Shown: positions 20,956-33,500 of the stretch, piece after piece
How the letters are laid out: each line of letters starts with the position of its first letter
Numbering within the stretch: position 1 is the stretch's first letter
Assembly (NCBI GenBank): GCA_965224245.1
Contig: OZ245046.1
Span: 5,728,001 to 5,792,000, forward strand
Source: Candidatus Eiseniibacteriota bacterium
GTDB lineage: Bacteria; Eisenbacteria; RBG-16-71-46; CAZAMP01
DNA length: 64,000 nucleotides
Direction of reading: 5' to 3'
The notes under the pieces: model-generated
Database searches by the model: none
What the model was told of the DNA's origin: nothing
Seen by the model: only the letters and a program-made list of their open reading frames with translations
Program-made: the position numbers and the translations under genes

Positions 20956-22203
20956 TCAGGGATCGGTGTTCCCAACGGGCTCGAGCCGGGGGGAGGCAGC
21001 AGGCCCTGCGGGATCGGGCATTGCGCGCTTGGCCAGAAGCCGCCCGGCGGGCGGCAGCGCGCGCAGGAGACCGGCGATCCGCTGGGCCGCGTGTCCGTCT
21101 CCGTACGGATTGACGATCGACGTCAGTCGCCCGCGGGTGTCCGGTGCGAGTGCCCAGGCCAGCGCGTCCCCGATCGCCCGCGGCTCGGCCGGGATGTCGA
21201 CGACGTTGGCCGCACGCTCCCGGCCGTCCTGACGGCGTCCCACGTTCACGGCGGGAAGGCCCAGCGACGGGGACTCCATGATGCCACTGGAGGAGTTGCC
21301 CACGATCGCGGCGGCATGCGAGAGCAGGCTCCAGTACGTGACCGGATCCAGGTTCACGACGAGCTGCGCGCCCAGCCGACGGTCGCAGAACGCGTGTGCT
21401 CGGGCCATCAAGCGACGGCTCCCGGCATCGGCGTTCGGGAAGCAGAACACCACCGTCGGCGTGTGCGGGCCGTTCGCATGCGACGGTTCGGGCTTGACCA
21501 GCTCCTCCAGTGCGGCGTGAACGGCGTCGGCCTCGGCCGTCGTTTCGCGATCCAGCGTGACGGGATGATGGGAGACGACGAGGATCGGGTCCGCGAGCGG
21601 GCTCCCGAGCGCCGTCTCCAGCTCCTCACGATCCAGGAGCCGGCTCCGCCGGAGATGGTCGAGCGACGGCGCGCCGACCTGATGCACGCGCCAGGGCTCC
21701 TCGCCCATCGCGATCACGCGCCGCGTGGCGAGCGCGGTGGGGGTCATGTGCACGTGGCTCATCATCGTCAGTGCGTTCCGGATGACGTGGTCGATCGCGC
21801 CCTCGCTGGCCTCGCCGCCCTCGACGTGGATGATCGGGATCCGGAGCGCGGTTGCCACCTGTGCGGGGGCCAGCATCTCGTAGCGATCGGCGACCACGAG
21901 CACGGCGTCGGGCCGGAGGCGCGAGAGCTCGTCGGCGAAGCCGAGCGTGGCGAGCCCGATCGTCCTCGCCATCGCGACGTCGGTATCGGCGCTCACGAGA
22001 CACTCGATACGGGCGGTGATCTCGAACCCATCGGCCTCGATCACGTCGACGGTGTGGCCGAATTCGGGTGACAGGTGCGCCCCGGTGACGAGAAGGGAAG
22101 TGCGAATCGGTGTATTCTTCAGCTCGTGGAGCGGCCAGTAGAGGTGACCGTAGTCCGCCCGGGACGACGTCACGACGGCGATGGAGCGGGGCGATGTCGG
22201 CAC
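20956..22203 (-). CDS. neuC: UDP-N-acetylglucosamine 2-epimerase (hydrolysing, NeuC family)
   Basis: VTSSRADYG, VTGAHLSPEFG, DRYEM, HVEGGE, GNSSSG and NPYGDG motifs. Confidence 0.9.
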   Translation of the reverse strand: MPTSPRSIAVVTSSRADYGHLYWPLHELKNTPIRTSLLVTGAHLSPEFGHTVDVIEADGFEITARIECLVSADTDVAMARTIGLATLGFADELSRLRPDAVLVVADRYEMLAPAQVATALRIPIIHVEGGEASEGAIDHVIRNALTMMSHVHMTPTALATRRVIAMGEEPWRVHQVGAPSLDHLRRSRLLDREELETALGSPLADPILVVSHHPVTLDRETTAEADAVHAALEELVKPEPSHANGPHTPTVVFCFPNADAGSRRLMARAHAFCDRRLGAQLVVNLDPVTYWSLLSHAAAIVGNSSSGIMESPSLGLPAVNVGRRQDGRERAANVVDIPAEPRAIGDALAWALAPDTRGRLTSIVNPYGDGHAAQRIAGLLRALPPAGRLLAKRAMPDPAGPAASPRLEPVGNTDP

Positions 22204-22296
22204 GGGCTCTCCGGATCGGGATGGACGCGGCGATCGACCGCGCGCCGTCGCCGCGAGGACCATACCAGGCGATCTCGTCCCGGGGTATCGATCTCG

Positions 22297-22332
22297 GCTC
22301 CGAGCGCCGCTCCGAGCGCCGCGCCGAGCGCC
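22297..22332. repeat. Three tandem copies of a 12-bp unit (gc[t/g]ccgagcgcc)
   Basis: Read directly from the neuC-methyltransferase intergenic region. Confidence 0.7.
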
Positions 22333-22488
22333 GCGTCGGTCAGCGCGCGTGTCGGACGAGCGATCGTGACCCCGGAGGGCCTGCTCCGACCGGCCGGAAT
22401 GCAGCTTCGCGTTGACCTGAGCGGGCTCGCGGGGGCACAGTCGAAGCGAGCGGAGTGACGAGGAGCTACCGACACGGGAGGGTGATCC

Positions 22489-23301
22489 GTGGATGCGACG
22501 CACGAATTCGCCGGCGAGTCCCGCGCGACGCATGCACCCCCGTTCGAGCTGACCGCCGACTGGTACGACGCGATCTATCGAGCCAAGGCAAAGGACTACG
22601 CCGCCGAGGCACGGGCGGTCCGGCAGATCGCCGCCGAGCACGGGCACGAGCCGGGCGCCGATCTCCTGGACGTCGGATGCGGCACCGGCGAGCACCTTCG
22701 CTTTCTCAGCTGCAGCTTCTGCACGGCCGGCGTCGATCGTTCCGAGGCCATGCTCGCGGTCGCGCGACGCAAGCTACCCGACGTCCCGCTCTTCAAGGCC
22801 GACATGCGGACGTTCGAGCTGTCCGGCACGTTCGACGTCATCGTGAGCCTGTTCGCGTCGGTGGGCTATCTGGAGACACGCGTCGAGATCGAGCGCGCAT
22901 ACGAGCGCCTGGCGGCCCATCTGAGTCCGGGGGGAATCGTCCTCGTCGAGCCCGCCCTATCGGCGAGCGCGCTGGATCCCCCTCAGGCGACCGTCACCCA
23001 CGCCGACGTGGGCGGCATGGTTTGCGAGCGTCGGTCCACCGCCAGGCATGTCGGGAACGCGATCGAGATCGAGTTCTCTTATCGGACCGGCCGATCGACC
23101 ACGGATGAGCGACATCGCATCCGGCTGCACGACGCCAAGGAATGCGTGGAGATCTGGCGGGAGCTCGGCTTCCAGGTCGAGCATCGCCACGTGTCGCCCT
23201 TCGACGCCCCGCTCTGTCTGATCACCAGACCAGCGCCTCCCGAAGGCGACGGCGCGCATCCGTCCACGTCGGACGTCGACGCCGGCGGTCTGGACGTCTA
23301 G
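22489..23301 (+). CDS. Class I SAM-dependent methyltransferase (TylM1/DesVI-like)
   Basis: YDAIY...KDYAAEA, LLDVGCGTG, ADMRTF and HLSPGG motifs. Confidence 0.85.
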   Translation: MDATHEFAGESRATHAPPFELTADWYDAIYRAKAKDYAAEARAVRQIAAEHGHEPGADLLDVGCGTGEHLRFLSCSFCTAGVDRSEAMLAVARRKLPDVPLFKADMRTFELSGTFDVIVSLFASVGYLETRVEIERAYERLAAHLSPGGIVLVEPALSASALDPPQATVTHADVGGMVCERRSTARHVGNAIEIEFSYRTGRSTTDERHRIRLHDAKECVEIWRELGFQVEHRHVSPFDAPLCLITRPAPPEGDGAHPSTSDVDAGGLDV

Positions 23302-23402
23302 CTCTCCGGAACCGGACCGAGCCGCCGGATCACGAGATCGGGTCCCGCATCGCGGGGCTCACTCCAGGCACTCGGCGGGTCCATGCGACGGGCGGCCGTC
23401 GC

Positions 23403-25160
23403 CTACCACCGGCGAACGAGCTTCCCGCTGACCCGAGCCTCACTCCGCCCGAGGGCGTAGGTGTACACGCCGCTGGCGACAGGCCGGCCGCGCTCGTCTC
23501 GTCCATCCCAGCGCCAGCGGTTGCCCGTCGTGACGGCGCGGCGCACGAGCGCTCCACCCGGGCCGACGATCAGGATCTCGGTGGGTGCGACTCCCGGAAC
23601 GAGCTCGAAGACGACGGTGCCGCGAAACGGTGTGACCGGCGGCCGGGCCAGGAGCGGCATCGTCGACGCCACGTCCCCCGGCACCCCGATCGCCTCGACC
23701 ACGTGGATCGTGATCGACACCACGTCGTTCGTCGGATCGCCGTCCCCGCCGATCGTCGTCGATCCCGTCAGCGTGTATGTCCCCACCGGCGGCGTCCACC
23801 CGAATACGAACGTCTCGGTCACGAGCGCCGCGAACGGCAGGTCGACGCTGGTGGAGCCCCCGCCCGCGTCGCCGCTCAGCTCGACGGTTGCCCCGAGCTG
23901 ATCGTCGAGCCCGAAGTTCGTGGCGATGACGGCCACGTCGATGGGCTGACCCACCTCGATCATGTCGCCGTCGGCAAGGCCGTCGAAGCGGAGCGTACCC
24001 ACGTCGGTGGGCAGCGGCGTGCCCACGAGCCGATCCACGCCGAACTTGCACAGGTAGCTCGTGACCCAGCTCGCATCCTCGGTGTCGGGCTCGACCGACT
24101 GGGCCATGATGCCGCCATCGTCATCGGTGTCGAACGAGAGCAGCCGATCGGCGATGACGATCGCGTTGTCGCGGTACGCCGCATCGCCGAGGATTTCGTA
24201 CACCGCCCAGTGCGCGTTCAGGTAGGCGACGTTCCATGCGGAGTCCCAGTCGAAGCCGGGGATGTCGATCCACTCCTGCCAGGTGTCGAGGAACGGCGCG
24301 TTGGCGGTGAGCCACGCGACGCCCAGCGCGGGATCGTCCGCGAAGACCGAGTTGCAGACGCCCCAGAGGGCGGTGCCGCTGGACATCGCCCAGTACTCGA
24401 GCCCGAGACGCGTGGCCGGATCGAAGTCGAGCCAGCCGAAGACGTCGAGACCCTGAGTGAGGGCCTCCGCCAGGAGCACGGGATCGGAGAGCGCCTCGGC
24501 GTACCGGTAGAGGTTACCCGCGGCCCAGCCCTTCACGAAGGCGTCGAGGCGCTGCTGGTAGGTGGTGCCGTCGGTTAAATCGAGCGGCGTGTCGGCGATG
24601 TACTGGGCGGCGGTGGCCGCGTAGCCGGCGAACGACGCGTCGCCGGTGGCGGCCTCGTACTCCAGAGCGGCCGTCAGGGCCCACGCGCAGTTGTGCACGC
24701 GGTAGTAGTCGTTCCCGGGATCGCCCTCCTCGTCCCAGGCGGGGAAGTTCTGAACGTAGATCCACGCCGCGGCGAGGTTGTCGTCGTAGCTCGTATCCCC
24801 GGTGAGCGCGCGGTAGCGCGACCAGCACCAGATCGCCTCCAGCGTGTTGTCGGTCTGGATGACGCCGCCGAGCGGGCCGCCCTCGGCCTCGATCATGCCG
24901 CCGTAGTCGGGCGATCCCATGTCGGAGACCTGCCACACCGCGAGGAACCCGACGATCTGATCGAACTCGCGGACGTAGTTGAACGGCCCCAGGGGCTCCG
25001 GGATGCCGCGCTGCGAGGGGGGCGTCCGGCCGTGAATCGACTCGTCGTACAGGAAGTCCGGCGTGGACGCCGACGCGGTGCGGGCACCGGCGGCGAGAAG
25101 GAGTGCGATCGGGATCGAGCGGGCCAGTGCGGACGAGCGACCTTGGCGGCGTGCGTACAT
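23403..25160 (-). CDS. Exported protein: aromatic/acidic helical domain, Ig-like (CARDB-like) domain and FlgD-Ig/T9SS-like CTD
   Basis: Signal peptide; DGDPTND Ig motif; WRWDGRDERGRPVASGVY...KLV tail. Confidence 0.75.
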   Translation of the reverse strand: MYARRQGRSSALARSIPIALLLAAGARTASASTPDFLYDESIHGRTPPSQRGIPEPLGPFNYVREFDQIVGFLAVWQVSDMGSPDYGGMIEAEGGPLGGVIQTDNTLEAIWCWSRYRALTGDTSYDDNLAAAWIYVQNFPAWDEEGDPGNDYYRVHNCAWALTAALEYEAATGDASFAGYAATAAQYIADTPLDLTDGTTYQQRLDAFVKGWAAGNLYRYAEALSDPVLLAEALTQGLDVFGWLDFDPATRLGLEYWAMSSGTALWGVCNSVFADDPALGVAWLTANAPFLDTWQEWIDIPGFDWDSAWNVAYLNAHWAVYEILGDAAYRDNAIVIADRLLSFDTDDDGGIMAQSVEPDTEDASWVTSYLCKFGVDRLVGTPLPTDVGTLRFDGLADGDMIEVGQPIDVAVIATNFGLDDQLGATVELSGDAGGGSTSVDLPFAALVTETFVFGWTPPVGTYTLTGSTTIGGDGDPTNDVVSITIHVVEAIGVPGDVASTMPLLARPPVTPFRGTVVFELVPGVAPTEILIVGPGGALVRRAVTTGNRWRWDGRDERGRPVASGVYTYALGRSEARVSGKLVRRW

Positions 25161-25329
25161 CGGGGGGCCTCCGGTGCGTGGCGAGGCGCGCGAGCGCGTC
25201 TCAGGCGTGATCACTCACCTTGACGGCCGATTCTAGCACGCGTGCGGGGACCGAGCGGCCTCGTGGGCGCCGGCTGGTCCCCGTGGATGTCGCGGTCGGG
25301 CGCGGAAGACGGTGCGGAACGACCGATGA

Positions 25330-26016
25330 TCAGTACATCTGACGCAGACGGCTCCACGAGGTCTCGGTGATCGGCGTCCCCATCAGATCGCAGGTCTTGC
25401 AGGTCGGCCCACTACCGTCGACCGAACCGACCGACCAGCCCGTCGGCGGCACCTCGAATTGCTGGGGCTCGAACGGGGGATGGTAGCCGCTCGCGATGTA
25501 CGCGGCTCCGATCCGAGGATCGTCGATGATGGCCAGCCGACCGGCGCTCCCCGCGGCGATGGTGAGGTACCCGACCTTGGCGAAGCCGCTCGGCTGCATG
25601 TAGTCCGCGGATCCCCACGTCATCGCGTTTCCGGTGTGGCTCTCGGGCCACGTCCCGTTCTCGTCGTCCTGTGGGATCTCGTTGCCACCGGTGCAGAGCG
25701 ACCAGCTCAGAACGTCGACCGTGGGATCGTACTCGATGCCGAACTCCACGCCGCCGAGGCCGGGACCGATCGGCCACCCCGGGATGTTCTCCCATCCGTA
25801 GGTGACGAGCCACGCGAACTGATCGACGCCGGTGGCCCCGGCGGCGGCGAGCGCGTCGCAGTCGAGAACGTCGTCGTCGAGCTGGCTGCAGCCGGCGTAG
25901 GAGGCGTCCTCGAAGTGGACCACGAACCCGTACTCGTTGCCCGGGCAGTCACCCTGAGCCAGAGCGGAGGTGGACACGAGAGCGAAGAGGATCAGGATCG
26001 ATGCTGTGAGACGCAT
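25330..26016 (-). CDS. Exported protein with C-terminal TPITETSWSRLRQMY tail
   Basis: GGGAGG RBS; signal peptide MRLTASILILFALVSTSALA; several Cys. Confidence 0.75.
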   Translation of the reverse strand: MRLTASILILFALVSTSALAQGDCPGNEYGFVVHFEDASYAGCSQLDDDVLDCDALAAAGATGVDQFAWLVTYGWENIPGWPIGPGLGGVEFGIEYDPTVDVLSWSLCTGGNEIPQDDENGTWPESHTGNAMTWGSADYMQPSGFAKVGYLTIAAGSAGRLAIIDDPRIGAAYIASGYHPPFEPQQFEVPPTGWSVGSVDGSGPTCKTCDLMGTPITETSWSRLRQMY

Positions 26017-26277
26017 GGCGAGCCTCCCGATTGAATGATGAAGTCCCGGAGGGACACGCATGATTTCACGGTGTCTCGGCATCGTCAACGTAGGGGTGCG
26101 GTCCGGGTCGAATCCTCACGCGACGGGATGCCGGGTCGAGCCGTCGCCGAGGCGAATCGGGCCGTCGCGTTCGCGCGCAGACGAGAAACGGGGCCGGCAC
26201 CTCGAGCGCCGACCCCGTCGTCAACCGAAACGAGGGCGAGCGCTCCGTGCGCTCGCCGATGAACGGAGCGGGGACGT

Positions 26278-28306
<2,029 letters not shown>

Positions 28307-28437
28307 CGTCGTCTCAGTCCTTTCTGAGTTTCGGGTCGCGACGCCGCCGTCGCGCGTGTCGTTGTGTCGTTTGAGCCTGGCCGGACGTCGCGGTCACGGG
28401 GGACCCGTACCGAACTCCGGGCGGCACTCGCGGGAAT

Positions 28438-28453
28438 TGCACCGGACATGCCA
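28438..28453 (-). promoter_or_regulatory. Sigma54 -24/-12 promoter of groESL
   Basis: Minus strand TGGCAT-GTCCG-GTGCA (GG-N10-GC), about 130 nt upstream of groES. Confidence 0.6.
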
Positions 28454-28547
28454 GATCGCCGCCGACTCCTCGGATTCACCAATCCATTTCAAAAGAATGA
28501 CTTACATCGATCGCCGGGGCCCCGGTTCGGTCGGAGGTCCATCGGGA

Positions 28548-28731
28548 TGCCAATCTGGCCAGGCGCGTTCGGTTAGACCCATGCGTCGGTGTCATAATGA
28601 CAGCACCGGGCCGTTCCCCCGACACGACGGCATCTACACCGGGAGACGGCTGGATGTTCCATAGTTCAGTCGTTTGTTCTGTAGTGAGTTAGGAGAAGTA
28701 TCTCAAAATAATACGATTTGCCCAAATGGCA
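28548..28731. promoter_or_regulatory. Three TGYCA-N3-TGRCA-like palindromes (candidate activator enhancer sites)
   Basis: TGCCAATCTGGCC at 28548, TGTCATAATGACA at 28590 (perfect) and TGCCCAAATGGCA at 28719. Confidence 0.55.
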
Positions 28732-28816
28732 TCTGGCCGCGATCCGGATGCGCCTCCCCCGGGCGGCCGCGGGCCTGGCCCGCGGCCCGGGTCGCCTCCG
28801 GATCGTGATCGCGCGG

Positions 28817-29416
28817 TCAGAAGTAGAAGTGGAACCCGAGGTCGGTGCTCTCCACGAAGCTCAAACGGTCGATCGTCGTCTCGATGACGGCCTTCGAGTC
28901 ACCCCCGCCCGCCGGGCTCGTGCTCGTGAACTGGAGCCCGATCCCGGCGCTCAGTGACAGGTTCTCGAACCCCATCCGCCCGAAGAACAGCTCCACTCCC
29001 ATCGACGCGCCGAGGCTCACGCTGGTCTCGGTGTCCTTGTCCTGCTCGATGTCGGGGCCCACGTCCACGACCATCTGGTCGGCGGTGTAGAGGAGCCCGG
29101 GCCGGAAGTAGATGATCATGTTCTCGTCCGAGCGCAGCGGGAGCAGCAGCGCGCCCTCCACCGCCACGCTCGCCAGGCTGGTGGTCCGGGTCATGCCCCC
29201 GGGCCCGACCATCGGGACCTCGTTCTCCGTCCGAAAGCCCACGCCGGCCTCGAAGCCGAGCCCCGGGCCGGTCCAGAATCGCAGCCCGATCGGTGCCTCG
29301 GAGGAGTGGTAGCCGAACCCGAGCATCGCCAGGTGGTCGCTGATGGCATCTTGCGCGGCCACGGGCGAGACGACGACGAGTGCGGCCACGGCGGCCGCTC
29401 GCCAGGATCGGATCAT
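28817..29416 (-). CDS. Small outer-membrane beta-barrel protein
   Basis: Signal peptide, amphipathic strands, C-terminal LGFHFYF. Confidence 0.75.
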   Translation of the reverse strand: MIRSWRAAAVAALVVVSPVAAQDAISDHLAMLGFGYHSSEAPIGLRFWTGPGLGFEAGVGFRTENEVPMVGPGGMTRTTSLASVAVEGALLLPLRSDENMIIYFRPGLLYTADQMVVDVGPDIEQDKDTETSVSLGASMGVELFFGRMGFENLSLSAGIGLQFTSTSPAGGGDSKAVIETTIDRLSFVESTDLGFHFYF

Positions 29417-29471
29417 CGGAGCGCTCCCTTTCTCGGCCGCGCGACGGCACGGGGCCGGTCGCGCGTGGCGG

Positions 29472-30104
29472 TCAGCGTGTGGCGAACTGCTCTTCCACGG
29501 TCGTCGTGGGGGCCACCGCCGCCCACGCCGTCGCGACCGGCGAGCCGGAGCCGTCCAGCGCTCGCTCCGGCAGAACGGCGGCCGCGAAGAGCCCGATTCC
29601 GTCGGTCGGGGGGACGTCGAGCACCACCCGATCTCCGTCGACCGGGGCCACGTTCCAGATCAGGCCGCGGGGCGCACCGGCGTCCTCGAGGCCGGTCCCG
29701 ATGGCGCCCCCACGCGGCGGCAGCTCCGCGACCGTCAGCAGGACGAGCCGGTCACCCTGGGGGGCCACCGACCACGACAGGGACAGACGGTCGCCGGGGG
29801 TGAGGATCCGGGCGGGACCGGTTCCTGCCCCCTCGCTCGCTCCCCGGCCGGGCGCCGCGCGCTCGGTCAGCTCCAGGTGATCGGTCAGCTCCAGAGGACG
29901 GTCCGGGGAGAGCAAGATCCGGGGCTCGGGTGCCGTCTCGTCCAGCCCCACGTCGGTCCGGGCCTGGGCCAGGAGCTCGCTGACGACGGGCGGGGCCAGG
30001 CGGGCGCTCGCCGGCGGGCGCCCGTCGCCGCTCTCGGAGCTCGCGCAGCCGGCCGCCAGCGCGAGAACGGCACCGCAGATCATCGTGAAGCGTGCTGGCA
30101 TCAT
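29472..30104 (-). CDS. Hypothetical lipoprotein
   Basis: MMPARFTMICGAVLALAAGC lipobox; GGGAG RBS. Confidence 0.55.
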   Translation of the reverse strand: MMPARFTMICGAVLALAAGCASSESGDGRPPASARLAPPVVSELLAQARTDVGLDETAPEPRILLSPDRPLELTDHLELTERAAPGRGASEGAGTGPARILTPGDRLSLSWSVAPQGDRLVLLTVAELPPRGGAIGTGLEDAGAPRGLIWNVAPVDGDRVVLDVPPTDGIGLFAAAVLPERALDGSGSPVATAWAAVAPTTTVEEQFATR

Positions 30105-30229
30105 CGATCGGGCTCCCCCGGGCTCGGCGGACGGGTCTCGGAATGGACAGCGCGGGAGTCTAGGAGTGTCCGACGTGCGGGTCAACGACTTGTCCGATCG
30201 GGATCCCGAGCCCGATCGCCGGACGGCAC

Positions 30230-31612
<1,383 letters not shown>

Positions 31613-31650
31613 CGCGGATCACCTCGGCGGCAGATAACTGACACTCAGCT

Positions 31651-31666
31651 AGGCACATCCATTGCA
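31651..31666 (+). promoter_or_regulatory. Sigma54 -24/-12 promoter for the SPFH operon
   Basis: AGGCAC-ATCCA-TTGCA (GG-N10-GC). Confidence 0.55.
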
Positions 31667-31816
31667 CTGCGTGCGGCCGTGCGCCTGGTGTGGGGGCCTC
31701 GGCTTCCCACGTGCGGTTGGGCTGCTCCGAAACGAGGCGGAGACGTCACTCCAACGGCGATCGGGAGCATTGCAAGACACCACTAGCGTTGCAACCTGCA
31801 AAAGGGGGGCATCCTC

Positions 31817-32335
31817 ATGGGCAGCACGAGCGCGGTTCGGAGCGGCTCAGCTCAACTGCTGGAGCGCCTGGAGACGATCGTCTCCGGATTCAACGGCTAT
31901 CGCGAGATCGATGACCGACGGGACGACGACGCCCGCGTCCGCCTGGAGGTGTGCGAGCGGCTCGATCGGGTCCAGGCGCTTCTGGAGGACTACCTTCTCG
32001 ATCTGTCGGAAGACGGCTGGAATCCCGCAGTGGCCGGACTGGATGGTTTCGTCCGTCGTTTGGAAGACGCTCGTGATCACGTCACCGGGGCTGCCGATCA
32101 ATACGAGGAGTTCTTCGGCCGCGCGCCGTCCGACGAGAAGGAGTGCGCGGCGGTCATGGACTGTGATCTGTCGCTGCTGGTCGAGCTCGACACGCTCTCC
32201 GAGCACGTCGAAGGGCTGGGCGGCGCCTCGTTCACTCCCGGGTATCTGCGCGAGACGCTCGGTGGCATCGACGAGCGCGTGAGCGCGGTCGAGCTGGCCG
32301 TCGATGCGCGGCATCGTGCAGTCAAAGGCAAATGA
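31817..32335 (+). CDS. Conserved-looking alpha-helical hypothetical protein
   Basis: GFNGY...RRDDD..VR and YEEFF...DCDLSL pattern; RBS present; first gene of the operon. Confidence 0.65.
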   Translation: MGSTSAVRSGSAQLLERLETIVSGFNGYREIDDRRDDDARVRLEVCERLDRVQALLEDYLLDLSEDGWNPAVAGLDGFVRRLEDARDHVTGAADQYEEFFGRAPSDEKECAAVMDCDLSLLVELDTLSEHVEGLGGASFTPGYLRETLGGIDERVSAVELAVDARHRAVKGK

Positions 32336-32336
32336 C

Positions 32337-33500
32337 GTGACCGATCGGTCCGGCATCGTCGAGCTGGCATTTCCGGCGGCGCGGAACGACGCGCTGGTAC
32401 GCCGTCACCCCGACGCAGGGGTCGGGCACTTTCGCCTCGGAGGCGAGCTCGTCGTCGGCGAGGACGAGACGGCGGTGTTCATGATCAACGGCCGGGCGCT
32501 CGACGCGCTCGGTCCCGGGCGCCACGCGCTGGCCACCGCCACGCTGCCGCTCGTGACCCGGTTCGCCGTGCTGCCGTACGGGACGGCCTCGACGTTCCAG
32601 GCGTCGCTGGTGACGATCAGCGCGCGGTCGGTGCGGAACCGGGGCTGGGGCACACGCTATCCGATAGCCTTCCACGACAACATGTTCGGTCAGATCCGGC
32701 TACGCGCACACGGCACATTCTCCGCTCGCGTGACGCACCCCACGCTGTACGCGAACACCGTCGTGCGGCGGACCGGCGTCGACCCCGATCGCGCACCCGA
32801 CGCGCACATCGGCGACATCATCGCCAGCCGGGTCGCCGACTTCGTCAACGAGCGGGTGGACACGATCATCGACCTGCCCCGCTACTACGACCAGGCGACC
32901 AACGCGATCGGGATCCGCCTGGCCAACGACTTCCTGCGGCGGGGGGTGGAGCTGCTCGGGTTCCATCTGAACGCGATCACGTTGCCCGACGACGTGCTGG
33001 CCACGCTCGACGAGAGGCGGAGCGTGTCCGCGGTCCACGCGGTGAGCAAGTTCTTCCGGGCCCAGTCCGCGGCCACCGTGGGGCTCCGGGACGGCGAGCC
33101 CATCGACTCGGAGATTCCCGTGGCGACGCTGGAGGCCGACTCCGGCCGCGGTGACGGTCCGGCGGACCCGCAGGGGCTCGCCGCCGACGTGGGTACCGAG
33201 ACGCTCGACGAGCCCACCGATGCGGGGACGCGGCCCTTGCGCTGCCACGCATGCCACTCGTCGATCCCGCCCTCGTCGAAGTTCTGCGCGGCCTGCGGTG
33301 CGGCCTTCTGTGCCGGCAATCCGTGCCTCAGCTGCGGTGAGGCCAACGCGGTCGACGCGGACTTCTGCCAGCACTGCGGGGCGTGCCTGGTGGAGGCGCT
33401 GCGCTGCGCCGGCTGCTCGGTGGAGCTACCCGACGGCAGCCGCTTCTGCATGGCGTGCGGCCGTCCGAACCGCAACCTCGCCCCGGAGGCGGTGGCGTGA
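32337..33500 (+). CDS. SPFH (YdjI-like) domain protein with double zinc ribbons
   Basis: LVVGEDETAVF..GR.LD.LGPGRH.L.T..LP, WGT..PI.F and IRLRAHG motifs; six CxxC pairs at the C-terminus. Confidence 0.85.
   Translation: MTDRSGIVELAFPAARNDALVRRHPDAGVGHFRLGGELVVGEDETAVFMINGRALDALGPGRHALATATLPLVTRFAVLPYGTASTFQASLVTISARSVRNRGWGTRYPIAFHDNMFGQIRLRAHGTFSARVTHPTLYANTVVRRTGVDPDRAPDAHIGDIIASRVADFVNERVDTIIDLPRYYDQATNAIGIRLANDFLRRGVELLGFHLNAITLPDDVLATLDERRSVSAVHAVSKFFRAQSAATVGLRDGEPIDSEIPVATLEADSGRGDGPADPQGLAADVGTETLDEPTDAGTRPLRCHACHSSIPPSSKFCAACGAAFCAGNPCLSCGEANAVDADFCQHCGACLVEALRCAGCSVELPDGSRFCMACGRPNRNLAPEAVA

Noticed and set aside
22297-22332. Short repeats as a possible CRISPR array
   Set aside because: Adjacent 12-bp units with no spacers and no cas genes.
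28421-28447. Possible CIRCE upstream of groES (GGCACTC half-site)
   Set aside because: There is no GAGTGCTAA second arm at 9-nt spacing.
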